In this document: positions 1-9,939 of the stretch, one piece after another
How positions within the stretch are numbered: position 1 is the first letter of the stretch
Layout of the letters: each line of letters starts with the position of its first letter
NCBI GenBank assembly: GCA_963745035.1
Contig: CAVUVW010000014.1
Span: 416,001 to 480,000 of the forward strand
DNA: 64,000 nt
Direction: 5' to 3'
Source: an uncultured delta proteobacterium
GTDB taxonomy: Bacteria > Desulfobacterota > Binatia > UBA9968
The notes under the pieces: model-generated
Seen by the model: the letters and a program-made list of their open reading frames with translations, nothing else
Databases searched by the model: none
Told to the model about the DNA's origin: nothing
Program-made: the position numbers and the translations under genes

Positions 1-928
1 CCCGCCGGAAGAATACCGCAAAGAAGGTATACGGACCGTTCTGGCCGTTCCCATGCTCAAGGAAAATAATCTGGTCGGCGCCATCGTGGTTTACCGCAGG
101 GAAATTCGGCCGTTCACGGACAGCCAAATCGCGCTGCTAAAAACCTTCGCCGACCAGGCCGTGATCGCGATTGAAAACGTACGTTTGTTTCAAGAACTCG
201 AAGACAAAAACGCGCAGCTCGAGACCGCCAATCGCCACAAATCGCAGTTTCTCGCCAACGTCAGCCATGAGCTGCGCACGCCGCTCAACTCGATCATCGG
301 CTTTACGAGAATTGTTTTGCGCCGCACCGAGGGGAAACTCGAACCCCTGCAAAAAGAAAACTTGCAGAAAGTTTTGATCAGCTCGGACCATTTGCTGAAC
401 TTGATCAACGAACTGCTCGATCTGGCGAAGATCGAGGCCGGGCGCATGGAGGCCTTCGCCGAGACTTTCAAACTCGACGACATCGTCCGCATGGCGACAA
501 CCACAGTGGAACCGCTGCTTAGAAATGGCCGGGTCAAATTGCTCACCGACATCGCGCCGGACATCCCGCCGCTCAAAACCGACCGCGACAAGCTCAAACA
601 ATCCGTGATCAATCTGCTGAGCAACGCCGTCAAGTTCACCGAAAAGGGCGAGGTCAAAGTCGCCGCCTGGCGCGACAACGGCTTCGTGAAGCTCACCGTG
701 TCGGACACCGGCATCGGCATGAGCCAGGAAGCGCTGCAATACATCTTCGACGAGTTTCGCCAGGCCGACATGTCGAGCACGCGCAAATACGGCGGCACCG
801 GGCTGGGTCTGGCCATCGTGAAGAAGTTCATCAATCTCATGGGCGGCGAGATCGTGGTCGAGAGCGAAGAAGGCAAAGGATCGAAGTTTACGATCACTTT
901 GCCGATGGAACTGAAAATTCAAGCGTAA
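1..928 (+). CDS. GAF-domain sensor histidine kinase (5' end outside window)
   Basis: GAF tail 'RPFTDSQIALLKTFADQAVIAIENVRLF', H-box 'SHELRTPLNSIIG', N-box 'NLLSNAVKFT', G-boxes 'DTGIGM' and 'GGTGLGL'; frame appears open to the window edge. Confidence 0.93.
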   Translation, partial: PPEEYRKEGIRTVLAVPMLKENNLVGAIVVYRREIRPFTDSQIALLKTFADQAVIAIENVRLFQELEDKNAQLETANRHKSQFLANVSHELRTPLNSIIGFTRIVLRRTEGKLEPLQKENLQKVLISSDHLLNLINELLDLAKIEAGRMEAFAETFKLDDIVRMATTTVEPLLRNGRVKLLTDIAPDIPPLKTDRDKLKQSVINLLSNAVKFTEKGEVKVAAWRDNGFVKLTVSDTGIGMSQEALQYIFDEFRQADMSSTRKYGGTGLGLAIVKKFINLMGGEIVVESEEGKGSKFTITLPMELKIQA

Positions 929-1005
929 GGGGTAAGACGTGAGGAGTTAGGCGCGGGATCGGGTGAATACTGGCCGCTGGTGGCTAATCACTTGAGAGAG
1001 AGCCC

Positions 1006-2029
1006 ATGAGTAATCAACACAATGATCGCTGTAGCCGCCGAGAGTTTCTAGCCAACCTTGGAATCGTGGGAAGCGCGGCGCTGCTGGGCTTCCCGTCCGT
1101 GTCAGCCGCCACTGAATCACCACCCGAAACGAAGCGGCTCAGGATCCCGCAACTTCCCAGCACATGCCGCAGCCCGGAGTGGATCGCCGAAGAGCTGCTG
1201 CGCACCGAGGGCTTCAGCGATGTCCAATACCTTCCGGTACAGGGGACCCAAGGCGTCGAGCGCGCGCTCGCCTCGGGCGAAGCGGACCTCGGCGGGCACT
1301 TCGCGGCGCCGGTTATTCTGCGGCTGCGAAGCCGGTGACCCCGTCGTCATGTTGGGCGGGGAGCATATCGGCTGCTTCGAGCTTTTGGGCAGCGAGCGCA
1401 TTCGGACGATACGCGACCTCAAAGGACGAGCGGTGGCGATTCCAGCTCTAGATCCAGCTCCCTACGCCTTCCTCGCGAGCATGGTGTCGTACGTCGGTCT
1501 AAATCCGAACAAGGACATCAACTGGGTCAAACATCGGGCCGGCGAAGCGATGCAGCTCCTCGCGGACGGCAAGATCGACGCCTATCTCGGCTTCCCCACC
1601 GAGCCGCAGGAGTTTCGCGCGAAGAAAATCGGACGGGTCGTCGTCAACAGCGCGGTGGACCGGCCCTGGTCCCAATATTTCTGCTGCATGTTGGTGGGCA
1701 ATCGGGAATTCGTTCGCAAAAACCCCGTCGCGACCAAGCGGGCGATGCGCGCGATTCTCAAATCGGCCGAGATCTGTGCCGTCGCGCCTGAGAGCGTAGC
1801 CAAATCCATCGTCGCCAAAGGCATCGCCAAAAACTATGACTACGCCCTCGAGGCGATCAAAAGTCTCCCCTACGGACGCTGGCGTGAGTACGACGCCGAA
1901 GACACCGTCAGGTTCTGGTCGCTGCGTTTGCACGAAGCCGGCATGATCAAGTCGAGCCCGCAGAAGATCATCGCGCAGGGAACCGATTGGCGGTTTTTGA
2001 AAGAGCTGAAGAAAGAGTTGAAGGCGTGA
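1006..2029 (+). CDS. Tat-exported NMT1/TauA/SsuA-type substrate-binding protein (1 frameshift near 1320-1335)
   Basis: Twin-arginine signal 'SRREFL'; ORFs 1006-1338 and the 3' part of 1058-2029 join into one SBP ('IRDLKGRAV', 'DRPWSQYFCC'). Confidence 0.85.
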
Positions 2030-2098
2030 AATCGTGATCGTGTTCGTGTCTCGTGCTCGTCATGGACACGATTCACGCCCGCGCTAAAGGAGAATCAC

Positions 2099-3116
2099 TT
2101 GAGTAAACGACACAACGACCAGTGGAACCGACGAGAATTCTTAACCACCGCGGCGCTCGCCGGAACCGGAGCGGTTTTGGGATTGCGTTCTGATGCGCTC
2201 GCCGCTGAGCCACCGCCTGAGACCACGAAGATCCGGTTGATACGCAGTGCGCCGATCTGTCAAGCCCCACAGTATGCATCTGAAGACTTGCTGCGGAGCG
2301 AGGGCTTCACTGACGTGCAGGAGATTAGGGTAGGAGCAGATATTCCTGAGCGCATTCAAGCCCTGGGTTCGGGGCAAGGCGACATCTTGAGCACGTACGC
2401 CGGACCCCTCATCGAGAGCATAGACGCCGGAGGTCGAATCGTCATTATCGCGGTCTCCACGTTGGCTGCTTCGAACTCTTCGGAACCGACCGAATACGCT
2501 CGATCCGAGACCTTAAAGGGAAAACCGTCGCCTTGACATCCAGCGTCGCCCAATTCTTCCTCACCAGCGTTGTGTCGTATGTCGGCTTGAATCCCCGTAA
2601 GGACATCAAATGGGCCACCTATTCCTCAAGCGATGCGGCCAACCTTATGGCGCAGGGCAAGATCGACGCGTACATGGCCCTTCCACCGGAACCGCAGGAA
2701 CTCCGGGCAAAAAAAATTGGTCACGTGTTGGTTAACAGCGCCACAGATCGACCGTGGTCGCAGTATTTCTGCTGCATGGTCGCGGCCAATCGCGAGTTTA
2801 TCCGGAAGAACCCGGTGGCCACCAAACGAGCGCTTCGGGCGATTCTCAAGCAGCGGATATGTGCGCAGTAGAGCCGGAACGAACAGCTCGATTCCTAGTG
2901 GATAAAGGTTACACCAAGAACTACGAATACGCCCTAGGCACTCTCAAAGAAATCCCTTACGGCAAGTGGCGCGAGTACGATCCCGAGGACACGTTGCGCT
3001 TTTACGCCTTGCGCCTGCATGAAGCAGCGATGATCAAAACCAGCCCGCAGAAAATCCTTGCTCAGGGCACCGACTGGCGGTTTCTGAGAGACCTGAAGAA
3101 GGAGTTGAAAACTTAG
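2099..3116 (+). CDS. Second Tat-exported NMT1/TauA-type SBP paralogue (frameshifts near 2450 and 2850)
   Basis: 'NRREFL' signal; pieces 2099-2536, 2533-2871 and 2754-3116 are collinear with the preceding paralogue (DRPWSQYFCC, QGTDWRFL). Confidence 0.85.
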
Positions 3117-3118
3117 CG

Positions 3119-3728
3119 ATGTCGGGTTTCGGGTCTCAGGTGTCAGCCGTGAATACAAGAATTCTTACCGGCGTAGCAATTATTTTCTCGTTTGCTGTTA
3201 CGCTCAGCGCTGCAGACGGAGAGAGTCTGCCGAAGATCAAGCCGGCGCCCGAGTTCACGCTGACGAATCAAGACGGCAAGCGGCTTGCTCTCAAGGAACT
3301 CCGCGGCAAGGTGCTCGCGATCACGTTCATCTTCGCAAGCTGCGTCGACACCTGTCCCCTGCTCACGGCAAAGATGGCCGGCATCCAGAACCGGCTTGGC
3401 AACGGACTTCGGCCGACAGGTCAATTTCGTTTCCATCACCGTGGACCCGGAGCGGGATACGCCGGACGATCCTCAAGCGCTATGCCGAAGGCACAGGCGA
3501 ATTCCGCCGGCTGGGCGTTTCTCACCGGCACATCCGCCGAGATCCGCGAGGTCGCCAAACGCTATGGCATCTATTACAAGAAGACGCCGCGCGGCGACGT
3601 GGACCATACTTTTCTCACTTCGCTCGTGGACCAAAGCGGCACCCTCCGCGTCCAGTACATGGGAGTCAAGTTCGATCCGGACGAGATGCTGCGGGATCAT
3701 TCAGCTCGTTGCACGGGAGCGGAAATAA
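3119..3728 (+). CDS. SCO/SenC family copper-binding thioredoxin-fold protein (frameshifted)
   Basis: Signal peptide, 'APEFTLTNQDG', CxxxC 'CVDTC', 'SITVDPERDTP' in an alternative frame, 'DHT' His; likely true stop at 3728. Confidence 0.85.
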
Positions 3729-3774
3729 TTTTGGACCGGGAAACGGAAGAATATTCACCCGAAGAACCTCTGTC

Positions 3775-3847
3775 TCACCGCGGAGGCACGGAGAACGCGG
3801 AGAAGAGAAAATTGATAATCTCTGAGAACTCTGCGTCTCTGCAGTAA
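3775..3847. repeat. Intergenic imperfect inverted repeat built of ~9-nt units
   Basis: tcaccgcggaggcacggagaacgcggaga ... tctctgagaactctgcgtctctgcagtaa. Confidence 0.6.
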
Positions 3848-3854
3848 AATTCAT

Positions 3855-5929
3855 ATGGCTAGAGGCTCTCTACTACAGATATTGCCGCGAATCGTCGCGC
3901 GCGTGCCGGCTAAGGTCCACGCCAAGTTACTTATCGCGTTCCTCGCTATTACAGTGCTGCTAATCGCGCTCGGCGCCGTCGGTCTCCAGGCGCTGAACGA
4001 TACCAACCGGCGCGCCAAGGATCTGGTAGAGCTGCAGCGCAAAATCGCCGCTTACCGCCAACTGCAGCACGACACCACGGCGCAACTCTACAGCGTCGCC
4101 TCCGCTCTTTTGGTCCACGACGAGCGCACGTTGACGCCACGCTGCGCCAGCTCAATCAATTCGGCTACGACCTCGACCGGCTTCAGTTCGTAGCAAAGGA
4201 TGAAGTTGAGCTGCTCGCTCAGGTGCGTAAGGAGTACGATCAGTTCATCAAGGTGGTGAGCCAGTCCGTCGAGTTAATCCGCGCCGGCAAGATCGAGGCA
4301 GGAAATCAATTGCAAATCGCTCAAGCCAATCCATTGGCTGAACGGCTCGAGCGCCTGATGAACCAACTCGTCAATCGCGCCGAAGCCGACATGGTCGCCA
4401 GCATCGAAGCGAGCGACGCGGCATACATTCACTCGCGACGGATCGTGATCGGCTTTGCCGTGGGAAGCATCGCGCTGGCTCTTCTCCTCGGTTACGCCAT
4501 CTCCTGGTCCGTTGTCGGCCCCGTCGAGCTGATGGATGCGCGCTTTCGAGGAAATCGCCTCAGGTAACTTCTCCCAGCGCATCGAAGTTCCCAACCGAGA
4601 CGAGCTCGGGACCCTGGCGGACAACCTGAATCGGATGAGCGAGAAACTGGACCGCTTATATCAGCAGATTGAAACTCGCAATCGCGACCTGAGCGAATCA
4701 TTGGAGCAACAGACTGTAACCAGCGAGATCCTACAGGTTATCGCAAGCTCACCCACCGACATTCAGCCGGTCTTGGATGTGGTGGCTGCAAACGCGGCGC
4801 GTCTATGTGACTCCCAGGATGCTCAGATCTATCGTGTCGAAGGCGACCTCGTGCGGAAAGTGGCAAGCCATGGCGAGTATCCCTGTCGCCCTTGCGGTGC
4901 GGAGAGACCCGTCCGATCAGGCGCGGTTCCGCAATCGGACGGGCCATTCTCGACCGGCAGACAATCCACGTTCACGACATTACGGCCGAGCGCAAAGAAA
5001 ACTACGCGGACATTCAGCACGCCGTCGAGTTGGATATTCGAACGGAGCTCGCCACTCCGTTGCTCCGCGAGGGCATCCCGATCGGAGTCATTCTGATTCG
5101 CCGCACAGAAGTTCGTCCTTTCACACACAAACAGATCGCTCTCCTTAAGACCTTCGCCGACCAGGCAGTGATCGCCATCGAGAACGTTCGTCTGTTTCAC
5201 GAAATCGAAGAGAAGAGCAGACAGCTCGAAGCCGCCAACAGCACAAATCGGATTTTCTCGCGCGCGTCAGCCACGATCTGCGCACGCCGCTCAATGCGAT
5301 CATGGGTTTCACACGCATCGTGCTGCGCCGGCTGGGCGGCCAGATCCCTGATTTGCAGAAGGAGAATTTACAGAAAGTCCTGATCAGCGCCGAGCATCTG
5401 CTCAGCCTGATCAATACCCTGCTTGACCTCGCCAAGATCGACGCAGGCAAAATGGAAGCGGTCGCCGAGACTTTCCGCGTCGAGGACGTCATCCACATGA
5501 CGACGGCTACGGTCGAGCCGCTGCTCAAAGACGGGCGCGTGCGGATCGTCAGGGACATCCCTCCGGATCTGCCGCCGCTCAAAACCGACCGTGACAAGCT
5601 CAAACAGATTCTTTTCAATCTGTTGAGCAACGCGGCCAAGTTTACCGAGCAGGGCGAGATCAAGGTTTCCGCCGCGCGCGAAAACGGCAACCTGAAGCTG
5701 GCGGTCGCCGACAGCGGCATCGGCATGACACCGGCGGCGCTGGAGCATATATTCGAAGAATTTCAGCAAGCGGAGAAAACCACCGCCAGCAAATACGGCG
5801 GCACCGGCCTGGGATTAGCAATCGTAAAAAAATTCGTCAACTCTCATGGGCGGCGACATCGCCGTCGAGAGCGAGGAAGGCAAAGGATCGAAGTTTACGA
5901 TCACATTGCCGATGGAACTGAAACAATGA
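3855..5929 (+). CDS. Membrane sensor histidine kinase (TM-periplasmic helical sensor-TM-HAMP-GAF-HisKA-HATPase), several frameshifts
   Basis: Pieces 3855-4193, 4223-4567, 4536-5096, 4892-5383, 5302-6006; HAMP 'NRDELGTLADNLNRM', 'SHDLRTPLNAIMG', 'NLLSNAAKFT', 'GGTGLGL'; stop TGA at 5927-5929. Confidence 0.88.
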
Positions 5930-5935
5930 GAACAA

Positions 5936-5956
5936 TTTTGGATTTTCGATTTTGGA
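5936..5956. repeat. 7-nt tandem repeat (ATTTTGG/ATTTTCG)
   Basis: ttttggattttcgattttgga; the reverse-complement array lies at 6824-6854. Confidence 0.7.
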
Positions 5957-5976
5957 CGTTTAAGACTTTTAAAATT

Positions 5977-6009
5977 CCCTCTCCCACCGGGAGAGGGCAA
6001 GGGTGAGGG
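5977..6009. repeat. REP-like palindrome, left copy flanking DUF559 gene
   Basis: ccctctcccaccgggagagggcaagggtgaggg, with internal hairpin ccctctccc/gggagaggg. Confidence 0.85.
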
Positions 6010-6022
6010 CCAACCTGTACAA

Positions 6023-6407
6023 AATGGATGCTAAGGTACCTATGCTGCGCGATCGCGCACGACAGCTACGCCGCAATCAAACCGACGTGGAAGGCAAATT
6101 GTGGTCCCGGCTGCGTGCGCGCCAACTCTCTGGTGCCAAGTTCCGCCGTCAATATCCTATCGGAGCGTTTATCGTCGACTTCTGCTGCTACGAACGACGC
6201 TTAGTGATCGAACTCGATGGCGGTCATCACGCTCAGCACATGGATGCTGATCAAAGTCGGACTGATTTCTTCGTTTCCCAAGGTTACCGAGTTCTACGCT
6301 TCTGGAACAATGAAGTCGTAGAAAACATCGACGGAGTATTGGAACAAATTGCGCACACCCTCACCCTGTCCCTCTCCCAGAGGGCGAGGGTTGGGAAAGA
6401 GAGTTAG
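6023..6407 (+). CDS. DUF559 (Vsr-like PD-(D/E)XK) endonuclease domain protein
   Basis: 'ARQLRRNQTDVEGKLWSRLR', 'KFRRQYPIGAFIVDFCC', 'VIELDGGHH', 'GYRVLRFWNNEV'. Confidence 0.9.
6358..6390. repeat. REP-like palindrome, right (inverted) copy
   Basis: ccctcaccctgtccctctcccagagggcgaggg is a near reverse complement of 5977-6009. Confidence 0.85.
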
Positions 6408-6420
6408 GAGCGTAGAGAAA

Positions 6421-6786
6421 ATGGACAAAAAAACAATCCTCGTTGTCGATGACACCGACTGGAATCGCGATCTGCTCGTGCAACTGCTCGAAGAGGACTA
6501 CACGGTGCTCCAAGCCGTGGACGGCGACCAAGGCGTGAAGATGACGCAAGAGGAAAAGCCCGACCTTATCCTCATGGATCTCGGCATGCCGGTGATGGAT
6601 GGCTGGGAAGCGACGCGGCGTATCAAAGCCAACGCTGCGCTTAAACAAATTCCGATCATCGCCGTCACTTCTCACGCCATGGTGGGCGACGAAATCGAGG
6701 CGCGCAAGGCGGGCTGCGACGATTACCTGCCCAAGCCGATTGATGAAGACTTGCTGCTGCAAAAGATCAGAAAGTTCCTCGCATGA
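6421..6786 (+). CDS. Single-domain response regulator (DivK/CheY-like)
   Basis: 'ILVVDD', 'PDLILMDLGMPVMDG', 'AVTSHAM', 'KP'. Confidence 0.92.
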   Translation: MDKKTILVVDDTDWNRDLLVQLLEEDYTVLQAVDGDQGVKMTQEEKPDLILMDLGMPVMDGWEATRRIKANAALKQIPIIAVTSHAMVGDEIEARKAGCDDYLPKPIDEDLLLQKIRKFLA

Positions 6787-6823
6787 TCAGGCATGGAGTC
6801 ATTTCAGCCTGATCCCGGGCGGC

Positions 6824-6854
6824 AATCGAAAATCTAAAATCCAAAATCGAAAAT
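6824..6854. repeat. 7-nt tandem repeat (AAAATC[G/T/C])
   Basis: aatcgaaaatctaaaatccaaaatcgaaaat. Confidence 0.7.
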
Positions 6855-6862
6855 GGTGGGCC

Positions 6863-7945
6863 ATGCCGAATAAGATTCTTATCGTCGACGACGAGCCTTT
6901 CAATCTCGACCTCTTGGAACAGGAGTTGATGGAGTTCAACTATGAGATCGAGAGAGCCAACGACGGCGTGGAAGCCCTGGAGAAAACCCGCAGCTTCAAC
7001 CCCGATGTTATCCTGCTCGATTTCATGATGCCGCGGATGAACGGTCTGGAAGTGGTCAAGCGGCTGAGGGGAGACCAAGAGCACAGAGGCATCCCGGTCA
7101 TCCTGCTGACCGCGAAAGCGACCCAGGAGGATAAAGTCGCCGGGCTCGACGCCGGCGCGGACGACTACGTCACCAAGCCCTTCGACGCCATCGAGCTGCT
7201 CGCGCGGGTACGCGCGATGATGCGCCTCAAGGAGATGCACGACACACTCCAGGAGTGGAACCGCTCCCTCGCCGATACGGTAAAAAAACAGGTGGCCGAT
7301 TTGGAGCGCATGGCCCGCCTCAAGCGCTATCTCGCGCCGCAGATCGCCGAGACGATCCTCGGCGAAGACAACGACCTGTTCAAGACCCACCGCAGAGAAA
7401 TTACCATCCTCTTTCTCGATCTGCGCGGTTTTACCGCATTCTCCGATAACGCCGAGCCGGAAGAGGTGATGGAATTCCTGCGCCATTATCACAGTGAGAT
7501 GGGCCAGTTGATCTTCAAGTACGAGGGTACCTTGGAGCGTTTTATGGGCGACGGGATTGTGGTAATTTTCAACGACCCGATTCTCTGCGAGCGCCACGCC
7601 CACAAGGCGATTGAGATGGCCATCGAGATGCGTGATCGGGTAAAAGAGTTGCGGACAACTTGGCGAAAAAAAGGGTATGATCTCGACCTGGGCGTCGGCG
7701 TTTCCTCCGGCTATGCCACTCTCGGCACGATGGGCTTTGAAGGACGCATGGACTACGGTACCGTCGGCAACCTGCCGAACCTGGCGTCGAGGCTGTGCGC
7801 CGAAGCCAAGGGCGGACAGATTTTAACCGACCAAAAAACCATGAGCCGGCTGGAGGACGCTTTCGAGGCGGAAGCGATCGAAGAACTCAATCTCAAGGGA
7901 ATCCATCGGCCGGTGGCGGCTTTCAACATTATTGGCATCAAGTGA
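6863..7945 (+). CDS. Response regulator fused to class III adenylate/guanylate cyclase
   Basis: REC 'ILIVDDEP...LLDFMMP...KPF'; cyclase 'LFLDLRGFT', 'RFMGDG', 'NLASRL'. Confidence 0.92.
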   Translation: MPNKILIVDDEPFNLDLLEQELMEFNYEIERANDGVEALEKTRSFNPDVILLDFMMPRMNGLEVVKRLRGDQEHRGIPVILLTAKATQEDKVAGLDAGADDYVTKPFDAIELLARVRAMMRLKEMHDTLQEWNRSLADTVKKQVADLERMARLKRYLAPQIAETILGEDNDLFKTHRREITILFLDLRGFTAFSDNAEPEEVMEFLRHYHSEMGQLIFKYEGTLERFMGDGIVVIFNDPILCERHAHKAIEMAIEMRDRVKELRTTWRKKGYDLDLGVGVSSGYATLGTMGFEGRMDYGTVGNLPNLASRLCAEAKGGQILTDQKTMSRLEDAFEAEAIEELNLKGIHRPVAAFNIIGIK

Positions 7946-7952
7946 CGATTCG

Positions 7953-8888
7953 ATGAACGAACCGATTGCACGCGGCGCCAAGGGAGCCGCGCGATTCAGA
8001 ATCAAATTTTGGGGCGTGCGCGGCAGTTATCCGACGGTAGATCCGGCAACCCTTGCGGTCGGGGGCAATACTTCCTGCGTGGAAGCCGAGGTCGACGGGC
8101 GCCGCTTGATCTTCGATGCCGGCACGGGAATCATTCGGCTCGGAAAGGAACTGTGCAACGGCGCATCATCCCCTCCCGCCGCGTATGTTTTTTTGAGCCA
8201 CACTCATATCGACCATGTTTTGGGACTTTGCTTTTTCGAGCCCCTCCTGACGGCCACAGGGCGGACTTTTATTCTCGGTCCCGGCGCAACCCGTGGGGCG
8301 TTGACACGGAGCTTGCGCCACCTGACAAACAGCCATTTGTTTCCCGTTTCTCTCGACGAGCTCAAAGGAAAGAAAGAAATTTTCTCACTCTCAGGCGGTG
8401 AGGTGATTTCCTTCGGATCGTCGGGCACCCGACCTAAGATCGAGGAACCGCGAGCCGCCGAGGGCTTCGAAGCTGGGGAACTGAGAATAACGACTTTGAA
8501 GAGCGCCGCGCATCCGTTAAACGGCGTCATGCTGTACCGGGTTCATTACCAGAACAAGAGTTTCGTTTTCGCCACGGATATCGAGCAACAGGAAGGCGGC
8601 TATCCCGAAATCATCGAGTTTGCCCGTGGCGCGGACCTATTGATCCATGACGCCCAGTATCTTCAGGACGAATACTTTTCACGCACCAAACCGCGCAAGG
8701 GCTGGGGTCACAGCACCATCGACATGGCGGTCGATGTGGCGCAAAAAGCCGGTGTCAAACGCCTCGCGCTCTTCCATCACGAACCGACTCATGACGACAA
8801 AACGATGAATAGCATTCAGAAGCAGGCCAAAGCACTTTTTCGCTCGACCATCGTTGCCCATGAAGGGATGGTCATCAATCTTCTCTAG
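7953..8888 (+). CDS. Metallo-beta-lactamase-fold hydrolase (possible cyclic-nucleotide phosphodiesterase)
   Basis: 'FWGVRGS', 'GGNTSC', 'DAGTG', HxHxDH 'HTHIDH', 'GWGHS', 'FHHEP'. Confidence 0.85.
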   Translation: MNEPIARGAKGAARFRIKFWGVRGSYPTVDPATLAVGGNTSCVEAEVDGRRLIFDAGTGIIRLGKELCNGASSPPAAYVFLSHTHIDHVLGLCFFEPLLTATGRTFILGPGATRGALTRSLRHLTNSHLFPVSLDELKGKKEIFSLSGGEVISFGSSGTRPKIEEPRAAEGFEAGELRITTLKSAAHPLNGVMLYRVHYQNKSFVFATDIEQQEGGYPEIIEFARGADLLIHDAQYLQDEYFSRTKPRKGWGHSTIDMAVDVAQKAGVKRLALFHHEPTHDDKTMNSIQKQAKALFRSTIVAHEGMVINLL

Positions 8889-8890
8889 TA

Positions 8891-9928
8891 GTGAGTAGTG
8901 CAGTTGACGTGAACAATCATCTAAACCGCAAAACTCGCCGCGAACGCGATAGTCGACCGAACATGTTCCTGACTTTCACCGCCTTGATGCTCTTCCTTGG
9001 CGCTCCGGTTCTCGCGCTGGCGCAATCGCCGGCTCGAGTGGGGATACTGGTCCAGGAGATGGAACGTGCCCAGGCACAGGCTATCAAAGGCCTTGGCGAG
9101 GGACTCAAACATCTCGGTTATCAGGAGCGAAAGAATCTTTTTTTTGAAACGCGCAACGTCAAAGGCAATCGCGCCGCGCTGCAGCCGGCGGCCAGCGAGC
9201 TTCTGGCGCGCAACGTTACCGTCATTTTTACGACCGGGACCAGCGCGACACGCGCGGCAATGGCGGCCACCCGCGAAGTTCCGGTCGTATTCATTCATCC
9301 CGGCGACCCCGTTGCCGCCGGTTTGGTCAAAAGCACCGCGGAGCGCGAGAAAAATCTGACCGGCGTAGCGGCCTATGCTTCGTCGCTAATCGAACAGCGT
9401 GTCGTGCTTTTTAAAGAAATCTTCCCCGAGCTGCGCAAGATTCTGGTCTTCTACGACGCCAACAACAATTTTTCGCGCGCCAACTTCGCCGTTACCGAAG
9501 CTGCAGCAAAAAAATCCGGCTTGGAAGTTGTCGGTTACGGCATCAAGTCAGCCGACGAACTGAAAAACACGCTCGGCAGTTTACGGAGCGAACCTGGCTC
9601 GGGGCTTTTCCAATTCGCGGACGATCTGTTCGAAAGCGAGCCTGAGTTTATTTTCACCACTGCGCGCGAAAAGAAGCTGCCCACGATGTTTAATGAGGAA
9701 GCATGGGCGATTCGCGGCGCGCTAGCCGCCTACGGGCCGAGCTATTTCGAAATGGGCCGCCAGGGCGCCCGGCTCATCGACAAGATCATCAAGGGCGAGA
9801 AGCCGGCATCCTTGCCGATCGAGCCGGCGTCTAAGTTCGATCTCACGCTCAATTACCGAACCGCTACCTTTATCGGCCTTCATTTCTCGCGGGCAATGTT
9901 GAAAAAGGCGGACAAAGTCATTCGATAG
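8891..9928 (+). CDS. ABC_sub_bind family substrate-binding protein
   Basis: Signal peptide, 'DPVAAGLVKS', 'NLTGV', 'YGPSYFEMGRQGA...DKIIKGEKPASLPIE'; start may be 8909 or 8963. Confidence 0.85.
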   Translation: MSSAVDVNNHLNRKTRRERDSRPNMFLTFTALMLFLGAPVLALAQSPARVGILVQEMERAQAQAIKGLGEGLKHLGYQERKNLFFETRNVKGNRAALQPAASELLARNVTVIFTTGTSATRAAMAATREVPVVFIHPGDPVAAGLVKSTAEREKNLTGVAAYASSLIEQRVVLFKEIFPELRKILVFYDANNNFSRANFAVTEAAAKKSGLEVVGYGIKSADELKNTLGSLRSEPGSGLFQFADDLFESEPEFIFTTAREKKLPTMFNEEAWAIRGALAAYGPSYFEMGRQGARLIDKIIKGEKPASLPIEPASKFDLTLNYRTATFIGLHFSRAMLKKADKVIR

Positions 9929-9939
9929 CGCGCATCGCC

